Of a stretch of 64,000 bases of DNA, positions 52,972-63,116 are shown one piece after another. Source of the stretch: Thermodesulfovibrionales bacterium (GTDB lineage Bacteria > Nitrospirota > Thermodesulfovibrionia > Thermodesulfovibrionales > SM23-35); NCBI GenBank assembly GCA_963715195.1, contig CAVQRT010000030.1:64001-128000 (forward strand). Reading direction: 5' to 3'. Both the position numbers and the translations under genes were made by a program. Each line of letters begins with the position of its first letter. Position 1 is the first letter of the stretch. Under the pieces are notes generated by a model that was not told where the DNA came from, did not search any database, and worked only from the letters and a program-made list of their open reading frames with translations.

Positions 52972-54238
52972 AAAGCAAATCATTCTCATTTCCTATAACT
53001 GGGCTAATCATTTTTCTCTGGCCCTCGGGTATCTCAAGGCATACAGCCTGAAAGATCCTTTTATCAGGCAGCATACTAATATCGAGATTCTTGATTTCGA
53101 TACTGCCGGACTCAATGTGCAGCAGGTTATCTATTATCTCTCTCAGAGCAAACCCGATATTATTGGTTTTTCCTGTTACTGCTGGAATATAGAGAAGGTA
53201 TTGGATACCGCAAGGATTCTCAAGACACTTTATCCTGATATGAAAATAGTTCTCGGCGGTCCGGAGGTGGGACCGATCGGCCCGAAATATCTCGGGGAGC
53301 ATCCCTTTCTCGATGTTGTCATTAAAGGGGAAGGGGAAATCACCTTTGCTGAACTGCTGAAATACTGCCTCGGTGAGTGCCGGCTTGAGGATATAGCGGG
53401 AATCAGTTACCGGTTCAATGGCCGGGTTATCGAAAATCCGGACAGACCGCCTATCGAAAATCTCAGCGAAATCCCGTCCCCCTATCTGGAGGGAATCCTT
53501 ATTCCAAGGGACAGGGTAACCTACATAGAAACTTACCGGGGATGTATCTTCAAATGTCATTACTGCTTTGAAGGGAAAAACCTTCCGAAACTCCGTTTTT
53601 TCCCTGACGACCGGGTACAGAGAGAAATTGAACTTGTCCTGAGTCATCCCGAGGTTAAGAGTTTCCATTTTGTCGATACCGTCTTCAATTTCAGAAAAGA
53701 GCGCCTTGCAAAAATGGCAGGGATTATTGCTTCAGCCAATCGGTACGGGGCTGAGCTTCGTACTGTCGAGATTATCGCGGAATTTGTGGATGAAGAGACG
53801 GTGGAACACTTCAAGAAAGCACATGTGCGCAGCATTGAGACTGGGCCGCAGACGGTGAATGAAAATACGCTCAAAAATGTCAACCGGTTTTACAAGGAAG
53901 AACAGTTCAGAAATGGCGTCAGACTCCTTGAGGACAATGGGATTGAAGTGACTACCGATCTTATCATCGGTCTGCCGGGAGATACCTTTTTTAAATTCGT
54001 GAATTCCGTACAGACTATAATCGACATGAAGCCTTCAAACCTGGTCTTCAGTATCCTGCATGTGCTTCCCGGGACCGTTCTGTATGAAAAGAGCATGGAA
54101 TTCGGCCTGAAATATGATGATAAAGCACCTCATCTTGTCCTGAGCGCCCCTGATTTTCCCTATGAGGACATTGACAAAGCAGTAATCATGGCGTTCAGCC
54201 TCGACAAAGAATACAATATCAAGCCTTTGCCTCCCTGA
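52964..54238 (+). CDS. B12-binding-domain radical SAM protein
   Basis: GFSCYCWN, GGPEV, GEGE and RGCIFKCHYC motifs. Confidence 0.9.
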   Translation: MTKKQIILISYNWANHFSLALGYLKAYSLKDPFIRQHTNIEILDFDTAGLNVQQVIYYLSQSKPDIIGFSCYCWNIEKVLDTARILKTLYPDMKIVLGGPEVGPIGPKYLGEHPFLDVVIKGEGEITFAELLKYCLGECRLEDIAGISYRFNGRVIENPDRPPIENLSEIPSPYLEGILIPRDRVTYIETYRGCIFKCHYCFEGKNLPKLRFFPDDRVQREIELVLSHPEVKSFHFVDTVFNFRKERLAKMAGIIASANRYGAELRTVEIIAEFVDEETVEHFKKAHVRSIETGPQTVNENTLKNVNRFYKEEQFRNGVRLLEDNGIEVTTDLIIGLPGDTFFKFVNSVQTIIDMKPSNLVFSILHVLPGTVLYEKSMEFGLKYDDKAPHLVLSAPDFPYEDIDKAVIMAFSLDKEYNIKPLPP

Positions 54239-54295
54239 TACATCTGCCGGCCTCAAAAGTGATTAAAAACAGAATTTTGTAAGGTAAAATAAATC

Positions 54296-54964
54296 ATGCG
54301 GTTGATCCTTTTTGATATTGATGGCACGTTAATCGATTCCGGAGGAGCCGGGGTCCGGGCACTCGATCTTGCCATGAAAAATCTCTTTGCGATTGAGAAC
54401 GCCTTTCACGGCATCAGTATGGCCGGTAGGACGGATACGCAGATCATCAGGGAGGGTTTTAAAAAACATGCCCTCCCAGCAGATGGAACAATCGATGCAT
54501 TCATTCATGCGTATCTCGGATATCTGTCTCGTGAGATTCAGAACGACAGAAGACATGCAAAGCCCGGCATCTACGAGATTCTCACAGAACTGCAAGCACT
54601 GAGGAATTTGACGACAGGACTGCTCACGGGGAACCTCGAAAAGGGTGCCCGGATAAAACTTGAACCCTTCAGACTGAATGAATACTTCGCCAGCGGAGCG
54701 TTCGGTAGTGATGATGAAGACAGGAACAACCTCCTGCCGATTGCAGTGAAACGATTCGAGAAATTATCCCGGATGGAAATTGAGATCAGGGAATGCATCA
54801 TCGTGGGAGATACCCCGCGAGACGTCGAATGTGCTCATATCCATGGGGCACGATGTGTCGGCGTTGCAACCGGTCCTTACTCCTATGAAGCTCTGGTTGA
54901 GGCAGGCGCTGATCATGTGGTGGAGGATCTGACAGACCAGAGTGCGATTTTACCGTTCCTCTAA
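54296..54964 (+). CDS. HAD-family hydrolase
   Basis: FDIDGTL and VGDTPRD motifs. Confidence 0.92.
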   Translation: MRLILFDIDGTLIDSGGAGVRALDLAMKNLFAIENAFHGISMAGRTDTQIIREGFKKHALPADGTIDAFIHAYLGYLSREIQNDRRHAKPGIYEILTELQALRNLTTGLLTGNLEKGARIKLEPFRLNEYFASGAFGSDDEDRNNLLPIAVKRFEKLSRMEIEIRECIIVGDTPRDVECAHIHGARCVGVATGPYSYEALVEAGADHVVEDLTDQSAILPFL

Positions 54965-54968
54965 TCTT

Positions 54969-57641
54969 TCACCTTCGGAGTTTTTCCACCCGCTCCTTTA
55001 CTTGATTGATAAAAAATTCATAGCTGTCCATGCCTTCCGGTTTCCTTGATATATCTAAATCCGAAGGGGAGAGTGGATTACCGAATTTGACCGTTATCTC
55101 CGCAAACTTCGGCCACACTGAACCGCGGGGAAGCGCCTTGAAAGCACCTGCAATGAACACCGGGATAACCGGGACGTTGAGTTCTTTCGATAATATGCCA
55201 ACCCCTTTTTTAAATTCCATCAGTTCACCATCAAAAGATCTTCCGCCTTCGGGAAAGATCAGAAGAGATTTTCCGTTTCGGAGCACATAGGAGGAGAGCT
55301 GTAAAGCCTTATTGAGATGGATTTCAGTGTCTATCGGAATAACGTGTGCCAGCCTCGCGAAAGAATTTCCCAAACGGCCTATAAAATATTTTTTCATGCC
55401 GAGTGAATAAAGATCAGCAAAATAGTCTGGGGGAACAGCTCCTCCGATACAGAAAGCATCAAGGTAACTTGCATGATTCGGTGTGATAATATAGGGACCT
55501 TGTTTAGGAAGATTCTGCAGCCCTTCAGTTCTGAATCTGAAAAATACCTTCAGGACTATTTTTACGAAGCTCAAGCCCAGAAAAACGATAAGCCGGTCGA
55601 GGAACCCGTGGTGAAGACCGATCTTATTCCGTTCATCGAGATCAGGATCTGTTCTGAGCAAGTCTTCCCAACCCGGCATCTTTTCGATTTCTCGGATTCC
55701 CATTGTGCCGAGTTCTTTTATCCTGGCAACAAGTTCTCCTACCGTCTGGATTTCTGAAGTAAACGTTTCCGGGAGCTTTCTAGAGAAAGCGTTTTCAAGG
55801 GCAACAACGAGTTCTATCCTTCCAAGGGAATCAAGTCCGAGATCGAGTTCGAGATTATCTGTTGCCTGTATTGGAATCTCTTCTTTCATCAACGGCCTGA
55901 CGCATTCAATAACTTTTCTTCCGACTGCATCGTCCGTGAGTTGCTTGTCTTCACTCTGCCCTTTCACCTTTTCTCTTTTTGCACTCAGGAGGTCTTTAAC
56001 CAGAAACCGCCTGAGTTTCCCGAGAGGAGTTCTCGGAAGAGGCCCGGGATGAAGGGCATATCCTTTTATTCTCATATATTGGGGAAGCCGGGCAGAAACA
56101 TTCATGATCTCCCATTTAATCATCTCCTGAAGATTGGCGATTTGGGCTTTCTTGGCATATTCAAAGTCAGGGACAATAATTGCCTGGAGAGATTCAACCA
56201 TGCCTTTTTCTTCGGACCCCATAACGCATATTTCCCTGATGAGCGGTATTTTCATATACTGTTTTTCAATCTCATCAGGATAAATATTTTTCCCCGAACT
56301 GAGAACAATCACCTCTTTCAATCTTCCGGTGATAAAGAGGTATCCCTCGTCATCCAGGTATCCGGTATCCCCGCTGTGAAACCATCCTTCCTGTATTACC
56401 TCTGCAGTTGCCTGAGGATTTTTGTAGTACCCTTTCATTACCATCGGACCCCTTATGACAATCTCTCCTTCCTCCATCACCCCCAGCTCTGTCTTCGTTT
56501 CAGGATGAATGATTTTTATCTCCGCTGTTGGTAATGGTTTGCCAACAGAATTTGGTTTTCTCTTTTCGATCGGATTAAAGGTAACGACCGGAGACGTCTC
56601 TGTCAGGCCATATCCCTCAAGAATGGTCAGGCCAAGGGCTTCAAGGTCTTTCATGACTTCGGGGTCGAGCTTTGCTCCACCGCACGCAGAAAACCTGAAC
56701 TTCTCACCAAGCGCCCTGTGGACCGATTTAAAAACAATTTTGCCCGGATTAATCGATACGCTCCGTCTCACGCTCCCGCAGAGGGATATAATGAAAAACA
56801 TCATTTTTGGCAAGGGTCTGTGCAGTTGTTTGATCCTGTTGAAAATTCCGTTCCGGATCAATTCAAGGAGCTGGGGAACGCTGACAAGAATGGTTACTTC
56901 GTTACTGCTTATGGTAGCCATAATATCAGGGCCCTTCAGGCTCGGGGGGAATGATACGGGTATGCCGAGAAATACCGGGATGAGACAGTTCCCCATGAAC
57001 GGGTAGGTGTGATGCAAAGGAAGCACGCTGATGACGCTGTCATCATGAGAGAGTATGCCGGCCGAAATCAGCGCCTCTGCATCCGAACAGAAATTTCTGT
57101 GGGTCAGCATCACCCCCTTGGGGTTCCCTGTTGTCCCGGACGTATAAATGATGGATGCAAGATCGTCCTCCGAAACCTCGGGATAGCTGGCCGCTGCCGG
57201 CGTTGTAAGTATATTTTTGAAATCATATGAATCAAGGTTGATGAATGTAACAGACAGGAGCTGGCTGTCCAGATTGCCTGCAGCTTTCCGCACCTGCTCA
57301 GAGGTTTTTTCACTATGAAAAACCGCCCTTGTGCCGGAATCAAGAAGCAGGTTTTTCGTTTCATCCGGCCCAAGCTGTTCATCGATGGGGATCGCGATAC
57401 ATCCTGACAGGGAAATCGCGAAATAAGACATGCACCACTCGGGCCTGTTCTCGGAAACAATCGCTATCCTGTCACCTTTTTGTATACCAAGTTTTATAAG
57501 ATACGACGCAAGGCTTTTCGTTTTCGCGAGCAATTCTTTATAGGTAATGGTCTCCCATGTCCGGTCAAAATAACTGAAAGCGATTTTGTTCTGATATGCG
57601 GCGGCTTTTTCAAGAAATACATGGGGGATGACTTGCGCCAT
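54969..57641 (-). CDS. Long-chain acyl-CoA synthetase / ACP / PlsC acyltransferase fusion
   Basis: YTSGTTGNPKG and GYGLTE (adenylation), LGLDSL (phosphopantetheine Ser), NHASYLD and FPEG (acyltransferase). Confidence 0.9.
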   Translation of the reverse strand: MAQVIPHVFLEKAAAYQNKIAFSYFDRTWETITYKELLAKTKSLASYLIKLGIQKGDRIAIVSENRPEWCMSYFAISLSGCIAIPIDEQLGPDETKNLLLDSGTRAVFHSEKTSEQVRKAAGNLDSQLLSVTFINLDSYDFKNILTTPAAASYPEVSEDDLASIIYTSGTTGNPKGVMLTHRNFCSDAEALISAGILSHDDSVISVLPLHHTYPFMGNCLIPVFLGIPVSFPPSLKGPDIMATISSNEVTILVSVPQLLELIRNGIFNRIKQLHRPLPKMMFFIISLCGSVRRSVSINPGKIVFKSVHRALGEKFRFSACGGAKLDPEVMKDLEALGLTILEGYGLTETSPVVTFNPIEKRKPNSVGKPLPTAEIKIIHPETKTELGVMEEGEIVIRGPMVMKGYYKNPQATAEVIQEGWFHSGDTGYLDDEGYLFITGRLKEVIVLSSGKNIYPDEIEKQYMKIPLIREICVMGSEEKGMVESLQAIIVPDFEYAKKAQIANLQEMIKWEIMNVSARLPQYMRIKGYALHPGPLPRTPLGKLRRFLVKDLLSAKREKVKGQSEDKQLTDDAVGRKVIECVRPLMKEEIPIQATDNLELDLGLDSLGRIELVVALENAFSRKLPETFTSEIQTVGELVARIKELGTMGIREIEKMPGWEDLLRTDPDLDERNKIGLHHGFLDRLIVFLGLSFVKIVLKVFFRFRTEGLQNLPKQGPYIITPNHASYLDAFCIGGAVPPDYFADLYSLGMKKYFIGRLGNSFARLAHVIPIDTEIHLNKALQLSSYVLRNGKSLLIFPEGGRSFDGELMEFKKGVGILSKELNVPVIPVFIAGAFKALPRGSVWPKFAEITVKFGNPLSPSDLDISRKPEGMDSYEFFINQVKERVEKLRR

Positions 57642-57664
57642 AGCGTCAATAGTCCCCTCCATCC

Positions 57665-58255
57665 TCAGTAATCAATCCCCTTTTGTGGCTCTATGCCCTG
57701 CCGGAAGGCGTGCTTTATCTCTTTCATTTCGGTAACCGTATGAGCTCTCTTTATAATTTCGGGATGTGCATCTCTTCCCGTCAGGACCATATGCATGAGC
57801 GGTGGTTTTTCATCAATCAGGGCCAATACCTGAGGCAGATCAACAAGATTCAACTTCAGGGCATTATGAATTTCGTCGAGGATAATAATGTCATATTGCC
57901 CGGAGGATATCTTTTCCTTTGCGAGTTTCAGAGCTTCCTGGGCTTTTGCCCTGTGTTCTTCCTGAGAATGTGGATCTCCCATAATCCCGCAAAAACCTTT
58001 CCCCGTTAGGTGCAGTTCCGCATGCGACGAAAGCCTCTTGATGCCATCGATCTCCCCCGAATATATGTTGCCCTTCATAAAACCAATGATGCAGACTTTC
58101 ATATCATAGCCGGCAGCCCTCAGTGCGATTCCTAATGCTGATGTAGTTTTGCCTTTTCCGTGTCCGGTCAAGACAACAACGAGACCGACTCTTTCCGGAG
58201 GCTCCAGGATCTTCAGGTTAGAATTTGTCATACAGAATACATTCGATTTTTGCAT
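57665..58255 (-). CDS. cobO: Cob(I)yrinic acid a,c-diamide adenosyltransferase (CobO/BtuR)
   Basis: TGHGKGKTTSALG, ILDEI, LTGR and KHAF..G...Q.GIDY motifs; start may be 58231. Confidence 0.92.
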   Translation of the reverse strand: MQKSNVFCMTNSNLKILEPPERVGLVVVLTGHGKGKTTSALGIALRAAGYDMKVCIIGFMKGNIYSGEIDGIKRLSSHAELHLTGKGFCGIMGDPHSQEEHRAKAQEALKLAKEKISSGQYDIIILDEIHNALKLNLVDLPQVLALIDEKPPLMHMVLTGRDAHPEIIKRAHTVTEMKEIKHAFRQGIEPQKGIDY

Positions 58256-58351
58256 TTATCGGCGCTTTTCTATAATATGAAGGAAGAATATTCAATACCG
58301 TTTCACAGTCCTGTCTTTCTTCAATTCTTATTGTAACGGATATTATCACAA

Positions 58352-58600
58352 ATGGACATAAAGCATATACGGGAGATCACGAAGAAGTACACCCCGGAGC
58401 AGATAGAAGGCTGTATTTCTGATCAGATAGAGCAAGGGAAAAACGTTTGTTTGACGGATGAGACAAGCGAAAAGATAATCAACGAGCTCTCTAAAGCAGA
58501 GGTGGTAAGAGAACTGATTGATCAGGGGATGGAACTTGCTGATGCCTTGAGAGAACTGGCAAGACGAATGAGACTCGTGCAATCAGGATTCAAACCATAG
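58352..58600 (+). CDS. Small hypothetical protein
   Basis: 82-aa helical ORF heading a co-directional run of genes. Confidence 0.65.
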   Translation: MDIKHIREITKKYTPEQIEGCISDQIEQGKNVCLTDETSEKIINELSKAEVVRELIDQGMELADALRELARRMRLVQSGFKP

Positions 58601-58616
58601 AAGGGAGGCACATAGC

Positions 58617-59123
58617 ATGAAAGCATTGATTATCAGCGCAGACAATTTTGAAGACACAGAACTTCTGGTACCATATTACAGGCTGAAAGAGGAAGGCATC
58701 GAGGTGGATATCGCATCAGTAAAAACAGGACCGATCAAAGGGAAACACGGGTATGAGGTTCAGGCAAATAAGGCCCTCAGAGATGTGGATCCTGATGATT
58801 ATGGCATCCTCATTCTTCCGGGAGGGAAGGCTCCCGGGACAGTCAGAAAAGATAACAATGCCATCGCAATAGCAAAACAGTTCTTTCAGAAAAACAAACC
58901 GGTCTCTGCAATTTGTCATGGACCCCAAATATTAATTACAGCTGGCCTTCTGAATGGCAGGCGTGCAACGTCCTATAAATCTGTTGCCCAGGAGATGAAG
59001 GATGCCGGTGTGCTGTATAAAGATAATGAAGTGGTCGTTGATGGTAATCTAATTACCTCCCGACAACCCTCTGATCTGCCGGCTTTTATGAGGGAGATTA
59101 TGGAAATGATAAGAAAAAAGTAA
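58617..59123 (+). CDS. PfpI/DJ-1 family protein
   Basis: FEDTE, PGG, AICHGP and TSRQP.DL motifs. Confidence 0.93.
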   Translation: MKALIISADNFEDTELLVPYYRLKEEGIEVDIASVKTGPIKGKHGYEVQANKALRDVDPDDYGILILPGGKAPGTVRKDNNAIAIAKQFFQKNKPVSAICHGPQILITAGLLNGRRATSYKSVAQEMKDAGVLYKDNEVVVDGNLITSRQPSDLPAFMREIMEMIRKK

Positions 59124-59164
59124 GACGCAATTCGTTGCAGTCTGAAGTTGAATGAGAAAATTCT

Positions 59165-61135
59165 GTGAACCGCTTGTCGAAAGAAAAATCGCCGTATCTA
59201 AAACATGCCTCTCATCAAAAGATCGACTGGTATCCCTGGTCCGATGAGGCATTTGAAAGAGCAAGGGGACAAGATAAGCCCATCTTTCTCAGTTCCGGTG
59301 CCATCTGGTGCCATTGGTGCCACGTCATGGCAAAAGAATGCTTTGAAGATAATGAGATCGCAGAACTCCTCAACCTGCATTTCATAAGCATCAAACTTGA
59401 CCGGGATGAAAGACCGGATATCGACAGGAGATATCAGTACGCTGTTTCTGCGATGGGATTCGGTGGAGGCTGGCCCCTCAGTGTATTTCTGACGGCGGAG
59501 AAAAAGCCTTTTTTCGGTGGGACCTATTTCCCCCCTAATGATAACCTTGGAAGGCCGGGATTTAAGAAGGTTTTAAAGTCAGTAGCTGAATTTTATTCTT
59601 CAAAAAGAGACCATGCAGTCGAATACAGCCGGACACTGTCAGATGCCCTCAAACAAAAGCCCATCACAAAAGGTGAAATACAAGAGGCATCAATACACGA
59701 TGCCGTCATCAAAATACTCTCCCAATTCGATACGACTCATGGCGGGTTTGGATCTGCCCCGAAATTTCCTATGCCCGGAGCTGTTCAACTTCTGCTGAAC
59801 AGATATTACCTTCAACGGATGCATTCCTTCGGGGTTGCGGTCAGTAAGACCCTTGAATCAATGGCAAAAGGTGGATTCCATGACCAGATCGGGGGCGGAT
59901 TCCATCGGTACTCGGTTGACGAAGCCTGGATTGTGCCGCACTTTGAAAAGATGGCCGACGACAATGCCTGGCTGCTCAGAAACTATCTCGATGCCTACAG
60001 CGTATTCGCCAACGGATATTTCAAAGAGGTTGCCCGGGGCATTATTCGTTTTTTAACTGACACCCTATCAGACCCGAAAGGTGGTTTTTTTGCAAGTCAG
60101 GACGCTGATGTCACTCCCGAGGATGAAGGCGGATATTTTACCTGGACAGAAAGCGATTTCAGGAATGTACTGACCGAGGAAGAATACCAAGTTTTGACTC
60201 TGCGTTTCCTGCATGAACGCGGTTCCATGCATCACGACACATCAAAAAAAGTCCTCTTCATTACAATGGAAGAAGGAGAAATTGCCAGGAAACTTGGAAT
60301 CGAACAAAAAGTTGTCGTGGACAGAATATATTCCGGGAAAAAGAAACTTCTCGATGAGAGAAAGAAACGGGCATCGCCTCTCGTCGATAGGACCTTGTAT
60401 ACCTCCTTGAACGGATTACTGATTACCTCGTTTCTCAAGGCTTTCACGGTACTCAATGAAACGTATCTGAAAGAATTTGCTTTAAAAAGCCTCCGGAGAA
60501 TACTGAAAAAACATTACATAAATAATGAACTTTTCCATACAGAACAGGTGAACGCAGTGCTGGATGATTATATTTTTCTGATAGAAGCATTGATTACTGC
60601 GTATGAAGTCACCGGTAATGCTTATTACATGAATCATGCATGCACGCTCATGGCCCTGTGTATAGAGAAATTCTGGGACAAGGATGACGGAGGTTTCTTT
60701 GATACAGATGCTGAGGTGCTCGGCATCAGACTGAAAGGGATTGAAGATATCCCGCATCCTTCTGCGAACGCAGTCGGCATTATCCTCCTGTTGAAACTGT
60801 ATTTCATGACCTCGGAAAAGAACTATAACCATTTTGCGGAAATGGCACTGAAAGTTTTCTCTGTTCAGACGAAGGAGATGGGTATGCACGCAGGATACTA
60901 TTTCTGCGCTCTGGATGCGTACTTTCATATGCTCAAACTAACCTTCCAGGCTGTACCAACCCACCCGCTTGCCGAAACAGCACGCTCCCTGTTTTATCCG
61001 TATGTCAGCTATATTTTTGAGGCAGATAATGGTTGTATTATTCCCTGCTTCAGGGATGTATGTTATGAACCTGTCAGGAGTCCCGAGGGCATGCGGGATT
61101 TTTTCAGAAAACAACTGAAAATCGAGCCGGGATAG
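59165..61135 (+). CDS. YyaL/SPATA20-like thioredoxin-domain protein
   Basis: NRL..EKSPYL.H, WCHWCHVM, GGWPL and PHFEKM motifs. Confidence 0.92.
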   Translation: MNRLSKEKSPYLKHASHQKIDWYPWSDEAFERARGQDKPIFLSSGAIWCHWCHVMAKECFEDNEIAELLNLHFISIKLDRDERPDIDRRYQYAVSAMGFGGGWPLSVFLTAEKKPFFGGTYFPPNDNLGRPGFKKVLKSVAEFYSSKRDHAVEYSRTLSDALKQKPITKGEIQEASIHDAVIKILSQFDTTHGGFGSAPKFPMPGAVQLLLNRYYLQRMHSFGVAVSKTLESMAKGGFHDQIGGGFHRYSVDEAWIVPHFEKMADDNAWLLRNYLDAYSVFANGYFKEVARGIIRFLTDTLSDPKGGFFASQDADVTPEDEGGYFTWTESDFRNVLTEEEYQVLTLRFLHERGSMHHDTSKKVLFITMEEGEIARKLGIEQKVVVDRIYSGKKKLLDERKKRASPLVDRTLYTSLNGLLITSFLKAFTVLNETYLKEFALKSLRRILKKHYINNELFHTEQVNAVLDDYIFLIEALITAYEVTGNAYYMNHACTLMALCIEKFWDKDDGGFFDTDAEVLGIRLKGIEDIPHPSANAVGIILLLKLYFMTSEKNYNHFAEMALKVFSVQTKEMGMHAGYYFCALDAYFHMLKLTFQAVPTHPLAETARSLFYPYVSYIFEADNGCIIPCFRDVCYEPVRSPEGMRDFFRKQLKIEPG

Positions 61136-61139
61136 TTCG

Positions 61140-61330
61140 GATAATTCGGTAGCCGTCGCTTCCTGTGAAGCCCTCATCGATACATCAGTAAAGGTTGCCC
61201 CAGCCGCACCTCAGAGTGCAGCGCCGATAACTCCGCACCCGCGCCTGCACCCTGTTCATGGTATTGCGCACAGCCAAAGGGCAGGGAAAGCCATGAAAGA
61301 ATCAAAAAGAATGCAATGCCTTTTTCAAAA
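61140..61330 (-). pseudogene. Degraded glycine-zipper lipoprotein remnant
   Basis: Lipobox-like PFGC-AQYHEQGAGAGA, then a frameshift to GVIGAAL*GAAGATFTDVSMRASQEA containing an in-frame TGA. Confidence 0.5.
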
Positions 61331-61492
61331 ATAACTCCTTTCTGTGATTTTCCAACAATCACCGGCTGAATGAACTCGTGAAACTCCTCAGTGTCACTCA
61401 TAAACACCCGCTCTATTAGCCCAACAACCCCATATATCCCTATCAATACAGGGCTCTGAATGATGAATAAATATGTTAACATTAAGTGCCTT

Positions 61493-61816
61493 ATGGATAT
61501 ACCGTTCAGAAAGACGAAGAAAGGGATATCTTTTCGGGTAAAAGTTGAGCCCAGGTCTTCAAGGCAGGGGATCTCGGGATTAATCGGTGATGCCCTGAAA
61601 GTAAAAGTGCATGCACCGCCGGTTGGTGGAGCGGCAAATGATGAGCTCATTGAGATTCTTGCGGCAGAGTTCCAGGTGAAAAAACCTTCCATAAAAATCG
61701 CCAGAGGCCATTCGTCAAGAGATAAGATCATCGAGATTGAAGGGATAGGTTCAATTCCCCGGCTGTACCTTAAAGATGGGGAAAGGCATGGTGAAAGGAG
61801 AAGCATACATGCTTGA
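61493..61816 (+). CDS. DUF167 (YggU-like) protein
   Basis: [20 protein letters not shown] and G..SRDK motifs. Confidence 0.9.
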   Translation: MDIPFRKTKKGISFRVKVEPRSSRQGISGLIGDALKVKVHAPPVGGAANDELIEILAAEFQVKKPSIKIARGHSSRDKIIEIEGIGSIPRLYLKDGERHGERRSIHA

Positions 61817-63074
61817 TGCAAAATTTGTGAGGGAGAATATCGAGATCGTATCAGAATCTCTGAGGAAGAGAAATTACGAACTCCGCCTTGACGAGTTTCT
61901 GCAATTTGAAGAACAGAGACGCTCTATCCTGAAAGAAGCCGAAGAGCTGAGAAACCGGAGAAACGTTGTTTCTGAAGAGATCGGGAGATTGAGGACTCAG
62001 AAACAGGATGCATCACAACTGATCAATGAAATGAAACTGGTTTCAGACAAGATCAAAGCATTTGATGATCAATTGAAAACATTAGAAGAGAATACCAATG
62101 AATTTTTACTCAATGTTCCCAATGTCCCGCATCATTCAGTTCCTTTTGGAAAGGACGAGGCGGAAAATGTTGAGGTAAGGAAATGGGGTGAACCGCGACA
62201 GTTCGATTTCGACCCGCTGAATCACTGGGATATCGGCACCATTCTGGATATTCTCGACTTTGAAAGGGCATCAAAGATCGCGGGAGCAAGGTTTTGCCTC
62301 ACCAAGGGTCCCGGTGCGAAGCTCGAACGGGCACTGATGAATTATATGCTTGATCTGAACACATCCAAAGGATACCGGGAGGTATTTCCCCCGATCATTG
62401 TGAACAAAGAAAGCATGAGGGGTACAGGGCAGTTGCCGAAATTTGAGATGGAGCTTTTCAAGATCTCTGACCCGGAGTTCTACCTCATACCGACTGCAGA
62501 GGTGCCGGTGACAAACATCCATCGGAATGAGATTCTGAATGAAAAAGATCTCCCGATTTACTATACCGCTTATACCCCCTGTTTCAGACGCGAAGCGGGA
62601 TCCTACGGAAAGGATGTGAGGGGCCTGATCAGACAGCATCAGTTCAACAAGGTAGAGCTCGTCAAATTCGTCAGACCTGAAGATTCATATGATGAGTTGG
62701 AATCTCTGACCCATGCTGCCGAGGATATCCTGCAGAAATTGGAACTCCCTTACAGAGTTATCGTCCTCTGCACCGGTGATATGGGATTTGCAGCCGCAAA
62801 AACCTATGACCTTGAAGTATGGCTTCCCGGCCAGCAGAGATACCGGGAAATTTCTTCTTGTTCGAATTTTACCGATTTCCAGGCACGGAGAGCGAATATC
62901 CGCTTTAAGCGGGAAGGGAAAAAGGGAACGGAGTTTGTTCACACATTGAATGGCTCCGGCCTTGCCATAGGACGCACCGTAGTTGCCATCCTCGAGAACT
63001 ACCAGCAGAAAGATGGCAGTGTGGTTGTCCCGGAGGTTCTGAGAACCTATATGGGAGCCGACGTAATAAAATAA
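61809..63074 (+). CDS. serS: Serine--tRNA ligase
   Basis: [31 protein letters not shown] and HTLNGSGLA motifs. Confidence 0.98.
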   Translation: MLDAKFVRENIEIVSESLRKRNYELRLDEFLQFEEQRRSILKEAEELRNRRNVVSEEIGRLRTQKQDASQLINEMKLVSDKIKAFDDQLKTLEENTNEFLLNVPNVPHHSVPFGKDEAENVEVRKWGEPRQFDFDPLNHWDIGTILDILDFERASKIAGARFCLTKGPGAKLERALMNYMLDLNTSKGYREVFPPIIVNKESMRGTGQLPKFEMELFKISDPEFYLIPTAEVPVTNIHRNEILNEKDLPIYYTAYTPCFRREAGSYGKDVRGLIRQHQFNKVELVKFVRPEDSYDELESLTHAAEDILQKLELPYRVIVLCTGDMGFAAAKTYDLEVWLPGQQRYREISSCSNFTDFQARRANIRFKREGKKGTEFVHTLNGSGLAIGRTVVAILENYQQKDGSVVVPEVLRTYMGADVIK

Positions 63075-63116
63075 ATTCTTTATATTTCAGATATCCTTGA
63101 ACCCTTTTCTAACAGA

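Noticed and set aside
61211..61213. In-frame TGA in the lipoprotein remnant as selenocysteine
   Set aside because: It falls at a likely Gly position in a frameshifted gene, with no Cys context and no evident SECIS.
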